Shown here: positions 36,044-45,569 of the stretch, piece by piece
How positions within the stretch are numbered: position 1 is the first letter of the stretch
Layout: each line of letters starts with the position of its first letter
NCBI GenBank assembly: GCA_038850515.1
Contig: JAWCLV010000004.1
Coordinates: 299 to 64,298, forward strand
Length of the DNA: 64,000 bases
Direction: 5' to 3'
Source of the DNA: Candidatus Bathyarchaeia archaeon
GTDB lineage: Archaea; Thermoproteota; CALKCG01; B24; JAGTQN01
The notes under the pieces: generated by a model
Seen by the model: the letters and a program-made list of their open reading frames with translations, nothing else
Told to the model about the DNA's origin: nothing
Database searches by the model: none
Position numbers and translations under genes: made by a program

Positions 36044-36856
36044 CTAGGGAACGAGAGCGGTTCCCCTCTTGCCATCGATGGCTTCTATAATAGGATTCTC
36101 TCCAATTCCGGAGCATATGACGGCTTCCTTTACACCGGCATCCAGGGCTTCTAGGGCCGCATGGACCTTTGTTATCATACCAGGTCCTATGGAAGGAAGG
36201 ATTTCCTTAGCTTCTGAGCTTCTTAGCCTTGGAACAACCTTTCCGTTTAGGAGGAGCCCCTCTACGTCTGTCAGTAGTATGAGCTTATCGGCCTTTAGGG
36301 CCCCAGCTATAGCGGCGGCCGCCCTATCCCCGTCGACATTCAGTATTTCGCCTCCTTCACCGAGGGCGAGGGGGGCAACAATGGGCACATAACCCCCCTT
36401 GAAAAGAAGTTCCAAAAGCTCCGTATTGACTGAAACGATTCGACCGGTATAGCCTCCTTCCATAGCCCGCTTTCTCCCCCTCTCATCGATGACGATGAGC
36501 CTCTTCTTCCTCTCGGCTGCCAAAAGCCCCCCATCAACACCGGAAAGTCCCAGGGCTTTGACTTCGAAGGCTTGGAGGGTCGAGGCGATCTCCTTGTTTA
36601 TCCTTCCAGCAATGACCATCGTGTAGATAGCCAAGGTCTCCTTATCCGTATAGCGGCTCCGAAAGCCCTCTGGAGAAGTTACAAAAACCGTTTCCTTCCC
36701 GAGCCTTTTTGCCATCTCCGTTACCTCGTCTCCACCTCCATGGACAATGGTTAGGAATGCCTTTGCCGCCAGGGCTTTAAGATCCTCTATGAGGGCTCTG
36801 TCAGGAGTCCCTCCGCTACCGAGGATGCTTCCTCCGATTTTAACAACAAACCTCAT
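36044..36856 (-). CDS. lysZ: Amino-acid kinase family, [LysW]-aminoadipate/glutamate kinase or N-acetylglutamate kinase type (LysZ/ArgB)
   Basis: MRFVVKIGGSIL, IVHGGG, NVDGDRAAAAIA, LTDVEG. Confidence 0.8.
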   Translation of the reverse strand: MRFVVKIGGSILGSGGTPDRALIEDLKALAAKAFLTIVHGGGDEVTEMAKRLGKETVFVTSPEGFRSRYTDKETLAIYTMVIAGRINKEIASTLQAFEVKALGLSGVDGGLLAAERKKRLIVIDERGRKRAMEGGYTGRIVSVNTELLELLFKGGYVPIVAPLALGEGGEILNVDGDRAAAAIAGALKADKLILLTDVEGLLLNGKVVPRLRSSEAKEILPSIGPGMITKVHAALEALDAGVKEAVICSGIGENPIIEAIDGKRGTALVP

Positions 36857-37018
36857 GCCAAACCCTCTTATTAAAAAGCCTTTTTCGGTTAGAATTCCTT
36901 TCCTATGAAGGACCTATTCTCCGCTTCCCTTCTTTTCTTATCATCTTTAGATCTTTTATTCTTCTTAATCCCTTCCCTTTCTTTCCCTATCCTCATTCCT
37001 TTTTACCATAAACCTACC

Positions 37019-37192
37019 CTATTCTCCCCAATCTTCCCCTTCAACCTCGGCAGGCTTCAGCTCCACATGGCTTCCTTGGATCTTGTGGATCTCGAACTCC
37101 TGCCCACAGTCTGGACATGAAACGATTTCCCCTAGGACTGCATCGTCCGGGACATTGATGTTGCCATCGCATTCGGGGCACTTGACCTTCAT
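37019..37192 (-). CDS. lysW: LysW amino-group carrier protein (57 aa, absent from the supplied ORF track because it is under 60 aa)
   Basis: My translation is MKVKCPECDGNINVPDDAVLGEIVSCPDCGQEFEIHKIQGSHVELKPAEVEGEDWGE. It has a CPEC..CPDC zinc ribbon and the EDWGE C-terminus diagnostic of LysW. GGAGGTGA lies 6 nt upstream of the ATG. Confidence 0.85.
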   Translation of the reverse strand: MKVKCPECDGNINVPDDAVLGEIVSCPDCGQEFEIHKIQGSHVELKPAEVEGEDWGE

Positions 37193-37210
37193 GATCTTTC
37201 ACCTCCTTTC

Positions 37211-37240
37211 ATTCCATTCTATTCCATTCTATTCGATTCA
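37211..37240. repeat. 10-nt tandem repeat straddling the argG stop codon
   Basis: attccattct occurs twice, followed by a degenerate copy attcgattca. On the coding strand this is AATAGAATGG repeats just before the lysW SD. Confidence 0.8.
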
Positions 37241-38439
37241 TTAGATGATTTTTGTCCCCCAGGCTTCCGGGAGAGAACCCTCTGGGCTACGACTGTTGGA
37301 AGGCCCCAGAGTTCTATGAAGCCTTCACTCGCCCAGGCCTTGAAAGTTGTCTTGGCATCGTATGTAGCCAAGTCAAAATCATAAAGGGAGAAGGGGGATG
37401 ACCTCCCTTGCACCATCACGCTTCCCTTGTAAAGCTTCAGCTTGACTTCCCCCTCAACCCTTCCTTCCATAGCCTCTATGAAGGCGTCGAGGGATCGCTT
37501 AAGGGGTTCGAACCAGAGACCCGCATAGGCAAGGTAGCTCCACTGGGAATCCACGAGCTCCTTGAATCGAAGCTCCATGCCAGTGAGGACGATCTTCTCA
37601 AGGTCCTTGTGGGCTTCTAGGATGCAGATGGCTGCAGGGGCTTCATAGACTTCTCGGCTCTTTATTCCCACAACCCTGTCCTCGATGTGGTCTATGCGTC
37701 CTATGCCATGGGCTCCAGCAATCTTGTTCAAGGTTCTTATGAGGGATACTCCATCCATCTTTTCGCCATTCAAGGCGACAGGGACGCTTCCCTTAAAGCC
37801 TAAGGTTACAGTCTCAGCTTTATCGGGAGCCCTTTCCTGCGGAACAGTAAGGGTAAAGGCATCTTCTGGTGGGGGCTGGTCAGGATATTCTATGATGCCG
37901 CATTCGACGGACCTACCCCAAAGATTCTGGTCGATGCTGTAGGCATGTTTCTTGATGCCTATAGGAATGCCATGGCGCCTCGCATATTCGATTTCTGAAG
38001 CCCTATCCATTCCCCATTCTTTAACAGGTGCATAGACCTTCAAATGAGGCGCCAAGGCTCTGACTCCGATTTCGAGGCGCACTTGGTCGTTTCCTTTACC
38101 CGTGCATCCGTGGGCGACAGCCGTGGCATTCTCCTTTAAGGCTATATCGACGAGCTTTCGGGCGATAAGGGGCCTGGAGAGGGCCGTAGCCAAGGGATAC
38201 TTGCCCTCATAAAGGGCATTAGCCTTTATGGCTGGGAAAACGTAGTCTCTGACGAACTCATCCTTCGCGTCGATACTATAGTGCCTCTCAACACCAAGCC
38301 TTTCTGCCTTTTCCCTTACGGCCTCAAGATCCTCCTGCTGGCCAAGGTCCAATGTAACCGTTATTACGCTAGCTTTATACTTCTCCTGGAGCCACTTCAC
38401 ACTCACAGATGTGTCGAGGCCTCCTGAGTAAGCCAGCAC
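37219..38439 (-). CDS. argG: Argininosuccinate synthase (canonical)
   Basis: LAYSGGLDTS, YEGKYPLATALSRPLIA, HGCTGKGNDQVR, YSIDQNLWGRSVECG, IEDRVVGIKSREVYEAPA. The GTG start puts the P-loop only 3 aa from the N-terminus. Confidence 0.9.
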   Translation of the reverse strand: MLAYSGGLDTSVSVKWLQEKYKASVITVTLDLGQQEDLEAVREKAERLGVERHYSIDAKDEFVRDYVFPAIKANALYEGKYPLATALSRPLIARKLVDIALKENATAVAHGCTGKGNDQVRLEIGVRALAPHLKVYAPVKEWGMDRASEIEYARRHGIPIGIKKHAYSIDQNLWGRSVECGIIEYPDQPPPEDAFTLTVPQERAPDKAETVTLGFKGSVPVALNGEKMDGVSLIRTLNKIAGAHGIGRIDHIEDRVVGIKSREVYEAPAAICILEAHKDLEKIVLTGMELRFKELVDSQWSYLAYAGLWFEPLKRSLDAFIEAMEGRVEGEVKLKLYKGSVMVQGRSSPFSLYDFDLATYDAKTTFKAWASEGFIELWGLPTVVAQRVLSRKPGGQKSSNESNRME

Positions 38440-38683
38440 GATTCTCTCCGACGTCTTTTTTCACCTTCCGATCATTCTAAAGGCATATAGTCTCCTTAGT
38501 TCTTTAAGGATGTATATCGCAAAATCCTCGTTATATTTAAAATTTTACTGAGATCTGTTCAAGGAATTTTTGAAATAACTAAGGGATTTGGATCGAGGGG
38601 AGGCGAGGCAGGGAAGGCCTGATTCGCTTCGATTCGCTTTGAATCGCATTCTAACAAAACTGAGTGCCTCAGACTCCTCATCC

Positions 38684-39838
38684 CTAGGCTAGGTCTTTTC
38701 CGATCCCAGGGGCTATGACAGCCTTCAGACACCGCTTTTCTTTGATGGTTCTAAGGGCCTTTTCAGCTTCTTCAACCTCAAATTTATGGGTTACAAGTTT
38801 TTCGAAGGGGACCTTCCCAGCGAAGCTTTTGAAGAGACTTAAAACCGTTTTGAACTGGGTCTGATGGGGTGAGCTCCAGGAGCCCATGATGTCCAAGTCC
38901 TTATTGCAAATGATGTAAGGTCTCACTTCGACTGTTCCTGGATCTGTGAAATGCCCAACCTCGATGAGCTTCCCGCCCCTCCTAGCAAGGAGGATGCCCT
39001 CCGCAAAGGCTTGGGGAGCCCCAGCAGCCTCTACAACGACATCTGCGCCAACCCCATTCGTCAGCTCCTGGACAAGCCTTACACGATCGTCCTGGGTTGT
39101 TCTCGCGATATTAATCGTATGGCTGGCCCCGAATTCCTTGGCTTTCTGGAGCCTGTAGTCCTCCATATCCGTTACGATGATATCCCCAGCTCCCGCTATC
39201 CTCGCTGCCAAGAGGATGAGAAGACCTATGGGACCCGCACCCTGGATAACGACCGATTTTCCTAGGCCAAAGCCCTCACTAGCGTAGGGAATGCCTGGCA
39301 TGAAGGCCCTTTCAAGGGCCCTTGTGGCTATGGACATGGGCTCCGAAAGAACGGCCACTTCATTAGGAATTTCCTCAGGAACCTTATGAACCGTAGAGCC
39401 AGGTCTTACGTAGAGGAATTCCGCGTAACCTCCAAAGAAGTGGGGAGGATCGAGGCTACTCATCGATATACCATAGGCGATCCTATTATCACATAGGTTA
39501 GGCCTTGAAGGAACATTTTTGCAGTAGAAGCACCTTCCGCAGGCGATGGAAGGAACGACCACAACTCGATCACCAGGTCTTAAAGCCTGTCCAGTGCCCT
39601 CCATCCGATCAGATCCATCCCCCATCTCGAGGACTTCCCCTAGGATTTCATGACCAGGAATCAGGGGGAAGGGTGCCTTTGGCATTCGCCCCTCGTACAT
39701 ATGGAGGTCCGTTCCGCAGACCCCGGTCATAAGGATCCTTAGTAGCATGGAGTCTTTGGAAACCTTAGGCCTTACAAAGCTTTTGATTTCGAGCTCCCCA
39801 GGCTTAACCATTACCACAGCCTTTCCAAATTCTTCCAA
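38684..39838 (-). CDS. Zinc-dependent alcohol/polyol dehydrogenase (MDR family, sorbitol/threonine dehydrogenase-like)
   Basis: GVCGTDLHMYEG, GHEILGEV, structural-zinc lobe CGRCFYC, and the Rossmann motif VIQGAGPIG. Confidence 0.8.
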   Translation of the reverse strand: MEEFGKAVVMVKPGELEIKSFVRPKVSKDSMLLRILMTGVCGTDLHMYEGRMPKAPFPLIPGHEILGEVLEMGDGSDRMEGTGQALRPGDRVVVVPSIACGRCFYCKNVPSRPNLCDNRIAYGISMSSLDPPHFFGGYAEFLYVRPGSTVHKVPEEIPNEVAVLSEPMSIATRALERAFMPGIPYASEGFGLGKSVVIQGAGPIGLLILLAARIAGAGDIIVTDMEDYRLQKAKEFGASHTINIARTTQDDRVRLVQELTNGVGADVVVEAAGAPQAFAEGILLARRGGKLIEVGHFTDPGTVEVRPYIICNKDLDIMGSWSSPHQTQFKTVLSLFKSFAGKVPFEKLVTHKFEVEEAEKALRTIKEKRCLKAVIAPGIGKDLA

Positions 39839-40046
39839 GGCTAGAATCCCCGTCCATCAAATTTGAAATTGAATAGTATTTGATGGCAAAAAAGGCTTTT
39901 GTGAAAATCGAAATCGAGAGTGCGATGGAAATCGGAAAGTATGCCAAAGGAAAACGGGGCGAGGCGAGGAGAGAGCGAAACGAAGAACCTAAAAGCCCTT
40001 CGCTCCTTATATCTTAATCATTAAGGCATATGGCTAGGGATTTTCC

Positions 40047-40661
40047 TTGAACCTTGAGGATATCCTTAGTAAGATGCCAAGCTATTCTGAGGAGCTGGGT
40101 CTGGACCTAAGGAAGGCGGAGGATCGATTCAAGTGGTTCTTAGCCTCGATTCTTTTCGCAAAGCGCATATCAGCCGATATTGCTAAAAGGACCTACAGAT
40201 GCTTCGAGGCCAAGGGGCTTACTGAGCCTGAAAAGATCCTCGAAGCTGGATGGGATAGGCTTGTCCAAGTCCTGGATGAGGGAGGCTATGTAAGGTACGA
40301 TTTCTCCACTGCTTCAAACCTCCTAGCCATAATGAAGCTCTTAAAGGAGCGATACGGTAGCCTAGAGAATCTATATTCGATGGCAAGGGATCCTTGGGAT
40401 CTAGAAGTCCGCCTTCAGGAGTTTAAAGGAGTCGGCCCTGTAGCCGTAAGCATATTTCTAAGGGAGCTTAGGGATGTCTGGCCTAAGGCGAGACCAAAGC
40501 CTTCCCCTATGGCTCTTAGAATGGCTTCCCAGCTTGGGCTTTCCAACATCGAAACCTACGAGTCGGCCCTAGTAAGGCTTGCCTTGGAGTTCTGCAAGAA
40601 AAAGCGCTGCAATGTCTGCCCCGTTTTGGGCTACTGTTCGGCTAGGGTATCGGCTCCTTAG
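40047..40661 (+). CDS. HhH-GPD superfamily DNA glycosylase-like protein with a C-terminal Cys cluster
   Basis: LQEFKGVGPVAVSIFLREL is a helix-hairpin-helix with GVG, and CKKKRCNVCPVLGYC is C-x4-C-x2-C-x5-C. ATG at 40074 is an alternative start. Confidence 0.65.
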   Translation: MNLEDILSKMPSYSEELGLDLRKAEDRFKWFLASILFAKRISADIAKRTYRCFEAKGLTEPEKILEAGWDRLVQVLDEGGYVRYDFSTASNLLAIMKLLKERYGSLENLYSMARDPWDLEVRLQEFKGVGPVAVSIFLRELRDVWPKARPKPSPMALRMASQLGLSNIETYESALVRLALEFCKKKRCNVCPVLGYCSARVSAP

Positions 40662-40911
40662 TTCTGATCTAGGCTTCGATATTCGGAAGCCTTAATCGGA
40701 GAATCGAAAAGAGACGTGAAACGGAGGGGAGGCGGAGGGGAAGGAATCGGATTTCGAAGCCCTAGAAGGTAGGTTCCAAGGAAGAAGGGCTCCCATGGTC
40801 TTCGGAAGGGCTAAAGGGCTTCGGTAAGCGCCCCTTCCCTCACAATCCTTCCCTAAGGAAGGACTTTTAAGCTATTCTGAATCACAATAGCTAAAGAATA
40901 GAGGGAATCTG

Positions 40912-42171
40912 ATGGAAAGGTTAGCCATCGAGGGTGGGGAACCCGTTCGCAAGGATCCTTGGCCTACAAGGATTCAGGTTGACGATGAGGAGTTAGAAGC
41001 CGTTGTAAGGGTTTTGAAGGAATCCATGGAAGGACCCCTCCGCTTCGGAAGGTACAGTAGCCCCTCAAGGACCGAAGAGTTTGAGGAGGCCTTCGCAAGA
41101 CTTATAGGCGTTAAACACGCCGTCGCATCGAGTTCAGGAACGGCTTCTATCCATACGGCCCTGGGCGCTACTCAGCTGGAGCCTGGATCAGAGGTTATTA
41201 CCTCGCCCATAACGGATCCAGGAACCGTAGCTCCCATCCTCTTTCAGAATTTAATTCCCGTCTTCGCCGATGTTGATCCTGAAACTCTCAACCTAGATCC
41301 AGATTCCATTTCCAAACGCATTAATGAAAGGACAAAGGCGATTATACCAGTTCATTTGGCGGGAACACCCTGCAAAATGGATGTGATCATGGAAATAGCC
41401 CAAGAACACGATCTCCTCATCATCGAGGACTGTGCCCAGGCCCATGGAGCTACCTATGGGGGTAGAATGGTCGGTTCTCTAGGAGACCTCGGCTGCTTCA
41501 GCCTCATGGGAGGAAAGCACATTACTAGCGGTGGAGAGGGAGGAATGACCGTAACGAACGATGAGGAGCTTTGGAGGAATGCCAAATCCTTCGCTGATAA
41601 GGGTAAGGCTTATTCGTCCGAAAGGCGACAGTTGGGCTACCCCTCCGTCATTCTAGGACTAAACTACCGCATGAACGAGCTACAGGCTGCCATAGGCCTC
41701 GTCCAGCTTAGGAAGCTTCCTAGAATCGTGGCTGTTCGGAGAAGACTTTGCCAGAAACTTGCTAAGGCTATGGAAGACTTCGAAACCATCAGTTTCATGA
41801 AGGTTCCAGAGAAGGCCGAGTCTTCTTACTGGTTCTGCCACTTTCGATTGGATCTTCAGGCCCTTAGGGTTGGCGTCGACAGGTTTGCTGAAGCCCTTCG
41901 AAGGGAGGGTATCCCTGTTGGAGCCCGGTACATAGGATCTCCAATCTATGAGTGGCCCTTTTTGGCAAACCGTGCAACCTTCGGGAGATCCCAGCATCCA
42001 TGGACATGTAGCTTCTATGGGAAAGAGATACGATACGAAGGAAGTTGCCCAAAGGCTAAGGAGGTTCTAGGCCGCGTCATAACTTTGTCGATTCATGAGG
42101 GTTGTACGGATAAGGAAATCGATGATACGATTCTCGCCTTGGAAAAGGTTGAGAAGGCTTACAGGCTATGA
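40912..42171 (+). CDS. DegT/DnrJ/EryC1/StrS family PLP-dependent aminotransferase (second copy)
   Basis: IIPVHLAGTPC, EDCAQAHG, FSLMGGKHITSGGEGG. Paralog of 20566-21789. Confidence 0.85.
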   Translation: MERLAIEGGEPVRKDPWPTRIQVDDEELEAVVRVLKESMEGPLRFGRYSSPSRTEEFEEAFARLIGVKHAVASSSGTASIHTALGATQLEPGSEVITSPITDPGTVAPILFQNLIPVFADVDPETLNLDPDSISKRINERTKAIIPVHLAGTPCKMDVIMEIAQEHDLLIIEDCAQAHGATYGGRMVGSLGDLGCFSLMGGKHITSGGEGGMTVTNDEELWRNAKSFADKGKAYSSERRQLGYPSVILGLNYRMNELQAAIGLVQLRKLPRIVAVRRRLCQKLAKAMEDFETISFMKVPEKAESSYWFCHFRLDLQALRVGVDRFAEALRREGIPVGARYIGSPIYEWPFLANRATFGRSQHPWTCSFYGKEIRYEGSCPKAKEVLGRVITLSIHEGCTDKEIDDTILALEKVEKAYRL

Positions 42172-42469
42172 AGGGAAATAGAATTTATGCGATTGCCTTT
42201 TTGACTGAGCCTGCTGGTCTTTATTCGCCTCTTATCGCTTAAGAGGTACCTCAACCATCTTTGCCATTTTCTCAAAGATGCGTAAACGTGGTTGACCATC
42301 CTATACCACTTTTTGGTAGCTACGAACCTTTTTATGGCTTCCCTCTAAAGATCGTGAAGATGTCCTCCCCTATACGAATACGATATCCACCGGAAAGGAA
42401 TCCGATCTAAACTGCCGCGTATGATATAAAATAAAATATAATTTAGATATAAAATATAATATAATAACG

Positions 42470-42511
42470 CCAACTGCTGGTATTTTTCCCCAAAATACCA
42501 ACTACTGGTAT
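42470..42511. repeat. Direct 14-mers plus a 9-bp stem hairpin and an ATACCA-N5-TGGTAT palindrome
   Basis: ccaactgctggtat (42470-42483) and ccaactactggtat (42498-42511) are direct repeats. tggtatttt (42478-42486) pairs with aaaatacca (42492-42500). An A/T-only tract at 42421-42468 precedes the element. Confidence 0.7.
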
Positions 42512-42964
42512 TATGGTTATCGTTATTCCCTCGATTTGACTGCGAAGTAGTAGGCTACGATCATGGCATCCTGAGGCAAGAGGTGCTCGGAGAGGGCCGT
42601 AGCCTTCGAAAAATAAAGCTCCAAGAGCCCTACGGCTATCGCTTCTATCGTAAAGGTTAGGGCTAAGACAAGATGTCCATCCAGTCCTCCTATTGGACCT
42701 ATACTTCCTTTAGCGTAAGGATGAGCTTCCTATTCTTCCAACTCCCTTCATCATCGTTCCCATCTTTATTTTCGGTTTTTTTCCATTTACCAACCCTCAT
42801 AAACAACCTATTTGGACATATTTTTGTCTCGAAATCTTATGCCAAAGGATAATAGCCATCCTAGAACCTCACCATATTCTCGGAGGGCCATACGCAACAA
42901 CTCGCGATAAGATTCCATTACTAACGCTTTAAAACCCGCACGATGGAATTTATCCCATCCAAGC

Positions 42965-42980
42965 TTGTATTTTTATACAA
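42965..42980 (+). promoter_or_regulatory. Palindromic TATA-like element upstream of the FAD oxidoreductase gene
   Basis: ttgtat-tttt-atacaa is a perfect inverted repeat, 25-40 nt upstream of the GTG 43005 / ATG 43017 starts. Confidence 0.4.
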
Positions 42981-43004
42981 AAAAATCGGGTATGGCCTTT
43001 CAAG

Positions 43005-44288
43005 GTGATCCTTTCCATGCTTGAGGAGGAAATTCCTATAACCTTCGACGTTGATGTCCTTGTAGCCGGAGGTGGCATAGCGGGCCTCACAGCTGCTATA
43101 GCCTCTGCCAGAAGCGGTGCCGAAACGCTCCTCGTGGAACGCTATAACTTCCTCGGAGGGCTGGCTACTGGTGGCTACGTGACTTACTTGGCTCCTCCTC
43201 CAATACCCTTAGATAAGGGGGGCTATGGCGGAATCTTTCAGGAGATCGTTGAAAGGCTCCTATCCTTGGGAGCCGCCTATCAGTTCAAGGAGAACGAAGG
43301 AGGAGCCAAAGCCGGAGAGATCATCTTCGACGGTGAGATGCTCAAGTATATAGCCAACCATATGGTGATGGAATCCAACGTAATGCTTCTACTTAACACA
43401 TATATCGAGGGGGCCATCGTCGAAGAAGGGAGCATCAAGGGCTTAATAGCCATCAACAAGTCTGGAAGGCAGATTCTCAAGGCGAAGGTCTTCATCGACT
43501 CGACAGGGGATGGGGATGTGGCGGCCTTCGCGGGGGCCCCCTACGAGAAAGAGGAGGTTTCAAAGATGCTTCCCATAACCATGATGTATACGATAGGCGG
43601 CGTTGATATTCCAAGGTTCTTGGTTTATCTGAAGGAAGATCCAGGCTTAGCGAAGGCGGCAAAAAAGGCAAACTTCACGACGGCAGGAAAAGCTCGAGGA
43701 CCGAGTATGATTTCCCTCCATCGTGTTTGCAAGGATCAGGTCGAGGTCTGGGGAGGCTCTGTCCATGCAGACGGGACGGATGCCCTTGATCTAACGAGGG
43801 CTGAGCTCGAACTCAGAGACCGGATCGTTGCGGAACTTGAATTCCTAAGGAAGAATGTACCGGGCTTTGAGGTTTCCTACATAGCCTCAAGCTCGCCATA
43901 CATAGGTGTAAGGGAGACGAGACGGATTATTGGCGACTATATCCTAACGGCTGAGGATCTTAGGGCTGGTAGATGCTTTGAGGATTCGGTGGCATGGTAT
44001 AGGGATCCAAGGTTTCCTGGGGCAAAGGGAAAATCCATTCCCTACAGGTGCCTTATCGCCAAGGGGCTGAAGAACCTCCTCGTGGCCGGGAGGTGCTTCT
44101 CAGCAACCCATGAGGCGCTAGACATGTGCAGGCTCGTGAACGAGTGCTCCATCATGGGACAGGCTGCTGGAACGGCGGCGGCCATAGCCGCTAAGGGAAA
44201 TTTGGGAGTTAGGGATGTGGAAATCTCGGAGCTTCGCAAGAAGCTTGCGGAGCAAGGAGCCTTTGTGAAGGATCCTATAGAGATATAA
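43005..44288 (+). CDS. FAD-dependent oxidoreductase (PF12831-like)
   Basis: Dinucleotide fold VDVLVAGGGIAGLTAAIASARSGAETLLVER, plus IDSTGDGDVA. Confidence 0.75.
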   Translation: MILSMLEEEIPITFDVDVLVAGGGIAGLTAAIASARSGAETLLVERYNFLGGLATGGYVTYLAPPPIPLDKGGYGGIFQEIVERLLSLGAAYQFKENEGGAKAGEIIFDGEMLKYIANHMVMESNVMLLLNTYIEGAIVEEGSIKGLIAINKSGRQILKAKVFIDSTGDGDVAAFAGAPYEKEEVSKMLPITMMYTIGGVDIPRFLVYLKEDPGLAKAAKKANFTTAGKARGPSMISLHRVCKDQVEVWGGSVHADGTDALDLTRAELELRDRIVAELEFLRKNVPGFEVSYIASSSPYIGVRETRRIIGDYILTAEDLRAGRCFEDSVAWYRDPRFPGAKGKSIPYRCLIAKGLKNLLVAGRCFSATHEALDMCRLVNECSIMGQAAGTAAAIAAKGNLGVRDVEISELRKKLAEQGAFVKDPIEI

Positions 44289-44324
44289 GAATCGAAACAA
44301 GGAAGGTAAGGGAAGGGAAAGGAT

Positions 44325-45428
44325 ATGAAGATCTCAGATATTAAGGCGATAAACCTTCGTGGCGGGAATAACACTATCGTTCAGGTCTTTTCGGATGAGG
44401 GGATAGTGGGCATAGGGCATATCGATTCCTCCTCCGTAGCTCGCTACATCGTGGAGGGGGAGCTGAAGCCCCTTCTCCTAGGCGAAGACCCGCTACAAGT
44501 CGAAAGGCTATGGATCAAGATGTACCGTGCCATAAGATGGCATGGACTGAGGGGCGTAAGCATCCATGCGATGGCTGGAATCGATATGGCCCTCTGGGAT
44601 CTGGCAGGGAAGAAGCTAAGAGTTCCAGTTTGGAAGCTCCTAGGTGGCCGCTACAGGGATAAAGTCATACCCTACGCAAGTGCATCCTTTGGAAGGAAGG
44701 GCCGGGAAGAGCTGGCTAGGGAGACCGCTATGTATAGGGAGCAGGGCTTCAGGGCTGTGAAGTTTGGTTGGGGGCTCTTTGGACGCCTGAGCATAGAGAA
44801 GGATGTGGAGATGGTAAGGGGCGTTAGGGAGGGAGCGGGAGAGGATATGAAGGTGATCATAGATGCTGGGGCGCCTTGGGAGGCCAACGCGACTAGGATG
44901 ATAAGGACGATACGAGAGATCGAAAAATATGGGATCCTCTTCTTTGAGGAGCCCCTTCCCCAAGATGACCTTGAGGGTTATCGAAGGATCAAGGCTAGCG
45001 TCGATATGCCAATAGCCTCTGGAGAATCCCTAGGCTCCATATACGAGTTCAAGCCCCTCATAGACCAGCGCCTTGTAGACATCGTTCAGCCAGACCCATC
45101 AAGGGTTGGGCTTACCCAATGGAGGAGGATTGCAAGGATGGCGGAGGAGGCAAACATGCTCTGTATACCCCATGATTGGAGTACGGGCATAAACATCGTA
45201 GCCCAGATCCACCTGGTAGCTTCAATACCTAACGGAGAATATGTCGAGTATCACAGGCCCATTACCCATCCCGAGGATCCAGAAGCCTTGGCTTTCGCCT
45301 CCGCGATTATGGATGAGCTCCTTATGGAGCCCTTCGAGCTAAAGAACGGATACTTCGAAGTTCCAGATAAGCCAGGTCTAGGAATCGAGCTTAATGAGGC
45401 CGTCCTGAGGAAGTACGCCGTCGAGTAA
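44325..45428 (+). CDS. Enolase-superfamily enzyme (mandelate racemase / muconate lactonizing family), second copy
   Basis: IVQVFSDEGIVGIGH, FFEEPL, IASGE, IVQPD. Confidence 0.8.
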   Translation: MKISDIKAINLRGGNNTIVQVFSDEGIVGIGHIDSSSVARYIVEGELKPLLLGEDPLQVERLWIKMYRAIRWHGLRGVSIHAMAGIDMALWDLAGKKLRVPVWKLLGGRYRDKVIPYASASFGRKGREELARETAMYREQGFRAVKFGWGLFGRLSIEKDVEMVRGVREGAGEDMKVIIDAGAPWEANATRMIRTIREIEKYGILFFEEPLPQDDLEGYRRIKASVDMPIASGESLGSIYEFKPLIDQRLVDIVQPDPSRVGLTQWRRIARMAEEANMLCIPHDWSTGINIVAQIHLVASIPNGEYVEYHRPITHPEDPEALAFASAIMDELLMEPFELKNGYFEVPDKPGLGIELNEAVLRKYAVE

Positions 45429-45569
45429 ATCCGATGGATCTTTTTCATCGATCAGTCCCCAAAGGCTTGAGCAGAACAATCGGTGTGAAGAATTTTGGAA
45501 TAGATGCCGCCAAAAACGCTCGGACTAACCCATTTTAACTTTTCATTTCGTTTTCATCTTCATCTTGTG

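Noticed and set aside
36905-37120. A 71-aa plus-strand ORF in the lysZ-lysW spacer.
   Set aside because: It is a pyrimidine-tract translation (Leu/Phe/Ser/Pro) that runs antisense across the well-supported lysW gene.
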